DNA of 64,000 nt from Acutalibacteraceae bacterium (lineage in GTDB: Bacteria; Bacillota; Clostridia; Oscillospirales; Acutalibacteraceae): NCBI GenBank assembly GCA_045537575.1, contig JAZSPU010000006.1, positions 10,814 to 74,813 on the forward strand. Direction: 5' to 3'. The notes under the pieces are model-generated. The model was not told the origin of the DNA and did no database searches. It was given only the letters and a program-made list of their open reading frames with translations. The position numbers were made by a program, and so were the translations under genes. The first letter of the stretch is position 1. The number at the start of each line of letters is the position of its first letter. Below are positions 62,880-64,000 of the stretch, piece after piece.

Positions 62880-64000
62880 TTAGGGTTCATCAATGGTGAA
62901 AACTCTAAGGTTTCCGGTTGCGAGAATCATACCATTGGCATCGTACTGCGTAACGTTAAGCGTAAACCAGCCGGATTTATAGTTCGTATTTCTACCCGTA
63001 TAAGCCTTAAGAACACCACCGTCTATTTCATAACCGATCGGCTTGTTCTCGTCGTTTACAATTTCTGCGGAAGTTACGAGATCGAGGACCTTGCCGTCAA
63101 ATTCGCTGGTAACGGTCTTCTTGCCAAGAGACCAGGTCAGACCGGCCATGTTAGGAATCTTAACGTCGTTTTCATCATAGGCCGTCAACTGCGTCTCCAA
63201 AGATACGACGTAGTGATCCACACCGGCAACGGGAGCGACGTAGTAGCCGTCAGCGCCGGCTACAGGAGCAACAGCAGTGAGCCTGGTAGACGGATACGTG
63301 TCAGAATATCTGCTTACCTCTACACCGTTGAGAATATAGGTAGCGTGAGAGCACATTGCCATTACTTCATAGCATGTCGCCGTACCGGTCGTATACATTT
63401 GACCGGTGTAACCGGAAGCATCATCCATATTGATGTAGAGCTTGTAGTTGGCACCTTCATAACCGTGACCCAGCATACCGCCAATTGCGTTGCCGGTCGT
63501 ATTAACGAGCGTTACGTCAGAAGTGGCATTCACAAAGTTGACCGTGTAATCAGCACCTTCACTGTCGCCGGAGTTAGCCGTACCGTAGTTATAGAAGGAT
63601 CCCATATTGTACTGGCCTTCGATATATCCGTGGAGCGCCACGTTTTCAAAGGTGGTGGTGCCGGGGTTGAAGATGTTTCTTACAAGGCCTCTGCCGTCGG
63701 TCGTGTTCACGTTCGCAGTCAGATTGGAGATCTTGATGTCCTGCGCTTCGCCGGACTTACCGACATACTCAAACAGAGCGGTGGTGAGGTTGTTCATGGT
63801 TACGCCGTTACCGTCGAAACTACCGTTCAGTCTGATTCTGCCGACACCGGTCATATCGAGCGTATCAACGCCGTCTGCCACCTTAAAATAGGTGTACTCA
63901 TCGTAATTCGAAATGTTCATCAACTGAGCGGGCTCGTCAATAAGGTAGGGCAATTCTTTCGTACCTGCACCGCCGGCAAAATCCTGGCTGTCAAGCACGC
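62880..64000 (-). CDS. GLUG-like beta-helix secreted protein, 5' end beyond the window
   Basis: The frame is open to the window edge. ..GAGTKELPYLIDEPAQLMNI..LNGSFDGNGVTMNNL..IKISNLTANV.. is paralogous in style to the C-domain of the preceding gene. High GC. Confidence 0.65.
   Translation of the reverse strand, partial: VLDSQDFAGGAGTKELPYLIDEPAQLMNISNYDEYTYFKVADGVDTLDMTGVGRIRLNGSFDGNGVTMNNLTTALFEYVGKSGEAQDIKISNLTANVNTTDGRGLVRNIFNPGTTTFENVALHGYIEGQYNMGSFYNYGTANSGDSEGADYTVNFVNATSDVTLVNTTGNAIGGMLGHGYEGANYKLYINMDDASGYTGQMYTTGTATCYEVMAMCSHATYILNGVEVSRYSDTYPSTRLTAVAPVAGADGYYVAPVAGVDHYVVSLETQLTAYDENDVKIPNMAGLTWSLGKKTVTSEFDGKVLDLVTSAEIVNDENKPIGYEIDGGVLKAYTGRNTNYKSGWFTLNVTQYDANGMILATGNLRVFTIDEP

Noticed and set aside
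1-64000. Looked for tRNA, rRNA, transposase, integrase, toxin-antitoxin, restriction-modification and other defence genes.
   Set aside because: I found no T-loop (GGTTCGAATCC-like) context, no rRNA-like stretches and no ORF with the corresponding catalytic motifs. Absence is by eye only and should be confirmed with tRNAscan, Infernal and HMM scans.

Overview
This is a 64-kb chromosomal segment of a low-GC, endospore-forming Firmicute. It looks Clostridia-like: spoIIE, spoIID, a split MetH, and T-box and glycine-riboswitch leaders. Hand-counted 60-nt lines give mostly about 40-43 % GC. There are about 50 densely packed protein genes using the standard bacterial code (TGA is used as a stop). 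The left 48 kb is mostly housekeeping and transport. It holds HtrA, an OPT peptide transporter coupled to a PqqD-like protein, and two K+ uptake systems (TrkAH and KtrAB-type) bracketing two glycosidases. Next come a tandem-glycine-riboswitch-controlled Na+:Ala/Gly symporter, asnA, hpt and a GH130 enzyme. An origin-proximal block follows (noc/parB-like, rsmG, mnmG, mnmE) with an extra YD-like membrane protein embedded in it. After that come spoIIE, two signal-less GH16 paralogues, nth, pdxK, a MATE exporter, spoIID, a DUF5058/M20 membrane cluster, an ABC-gltA-metF-metH gene string and T-box-controlled tyrS. The right 16 kb is a cell-envelope/accessory region. It holds a CapA-like lipoprotein, an LtaS-family gene broken by one in-frame TGA, and a 2.1-kaa wall-anchored adhesin (VWA head plus seven isopeptide-type domains). 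It also holds an orphan ruvX, a pilin-like protein carrying both a TasA/SipW-type signal region and a sortase-type anchor, and a tiny membrane protein. The last two genes encode beta-helix (GLUG-like) secreted proteins at about 52-60 % GC, one of them fused to a TasA/camelysin-like domain. I recognised no rRNA, tRNA, CRISPR array, transposase or integrase. The most unusual items are the hybrid SipW-signal/sortase-anchor fibre locus with a compositional break near 60.88 kb, the in-frame TGA in the LtaS-family gene, and a dispersed TAGGG-type G-tract repeat family that gives canonical G-quadruplex motifs next to hairpins. All family assignments come from motif recognition and recall, not from database searches.
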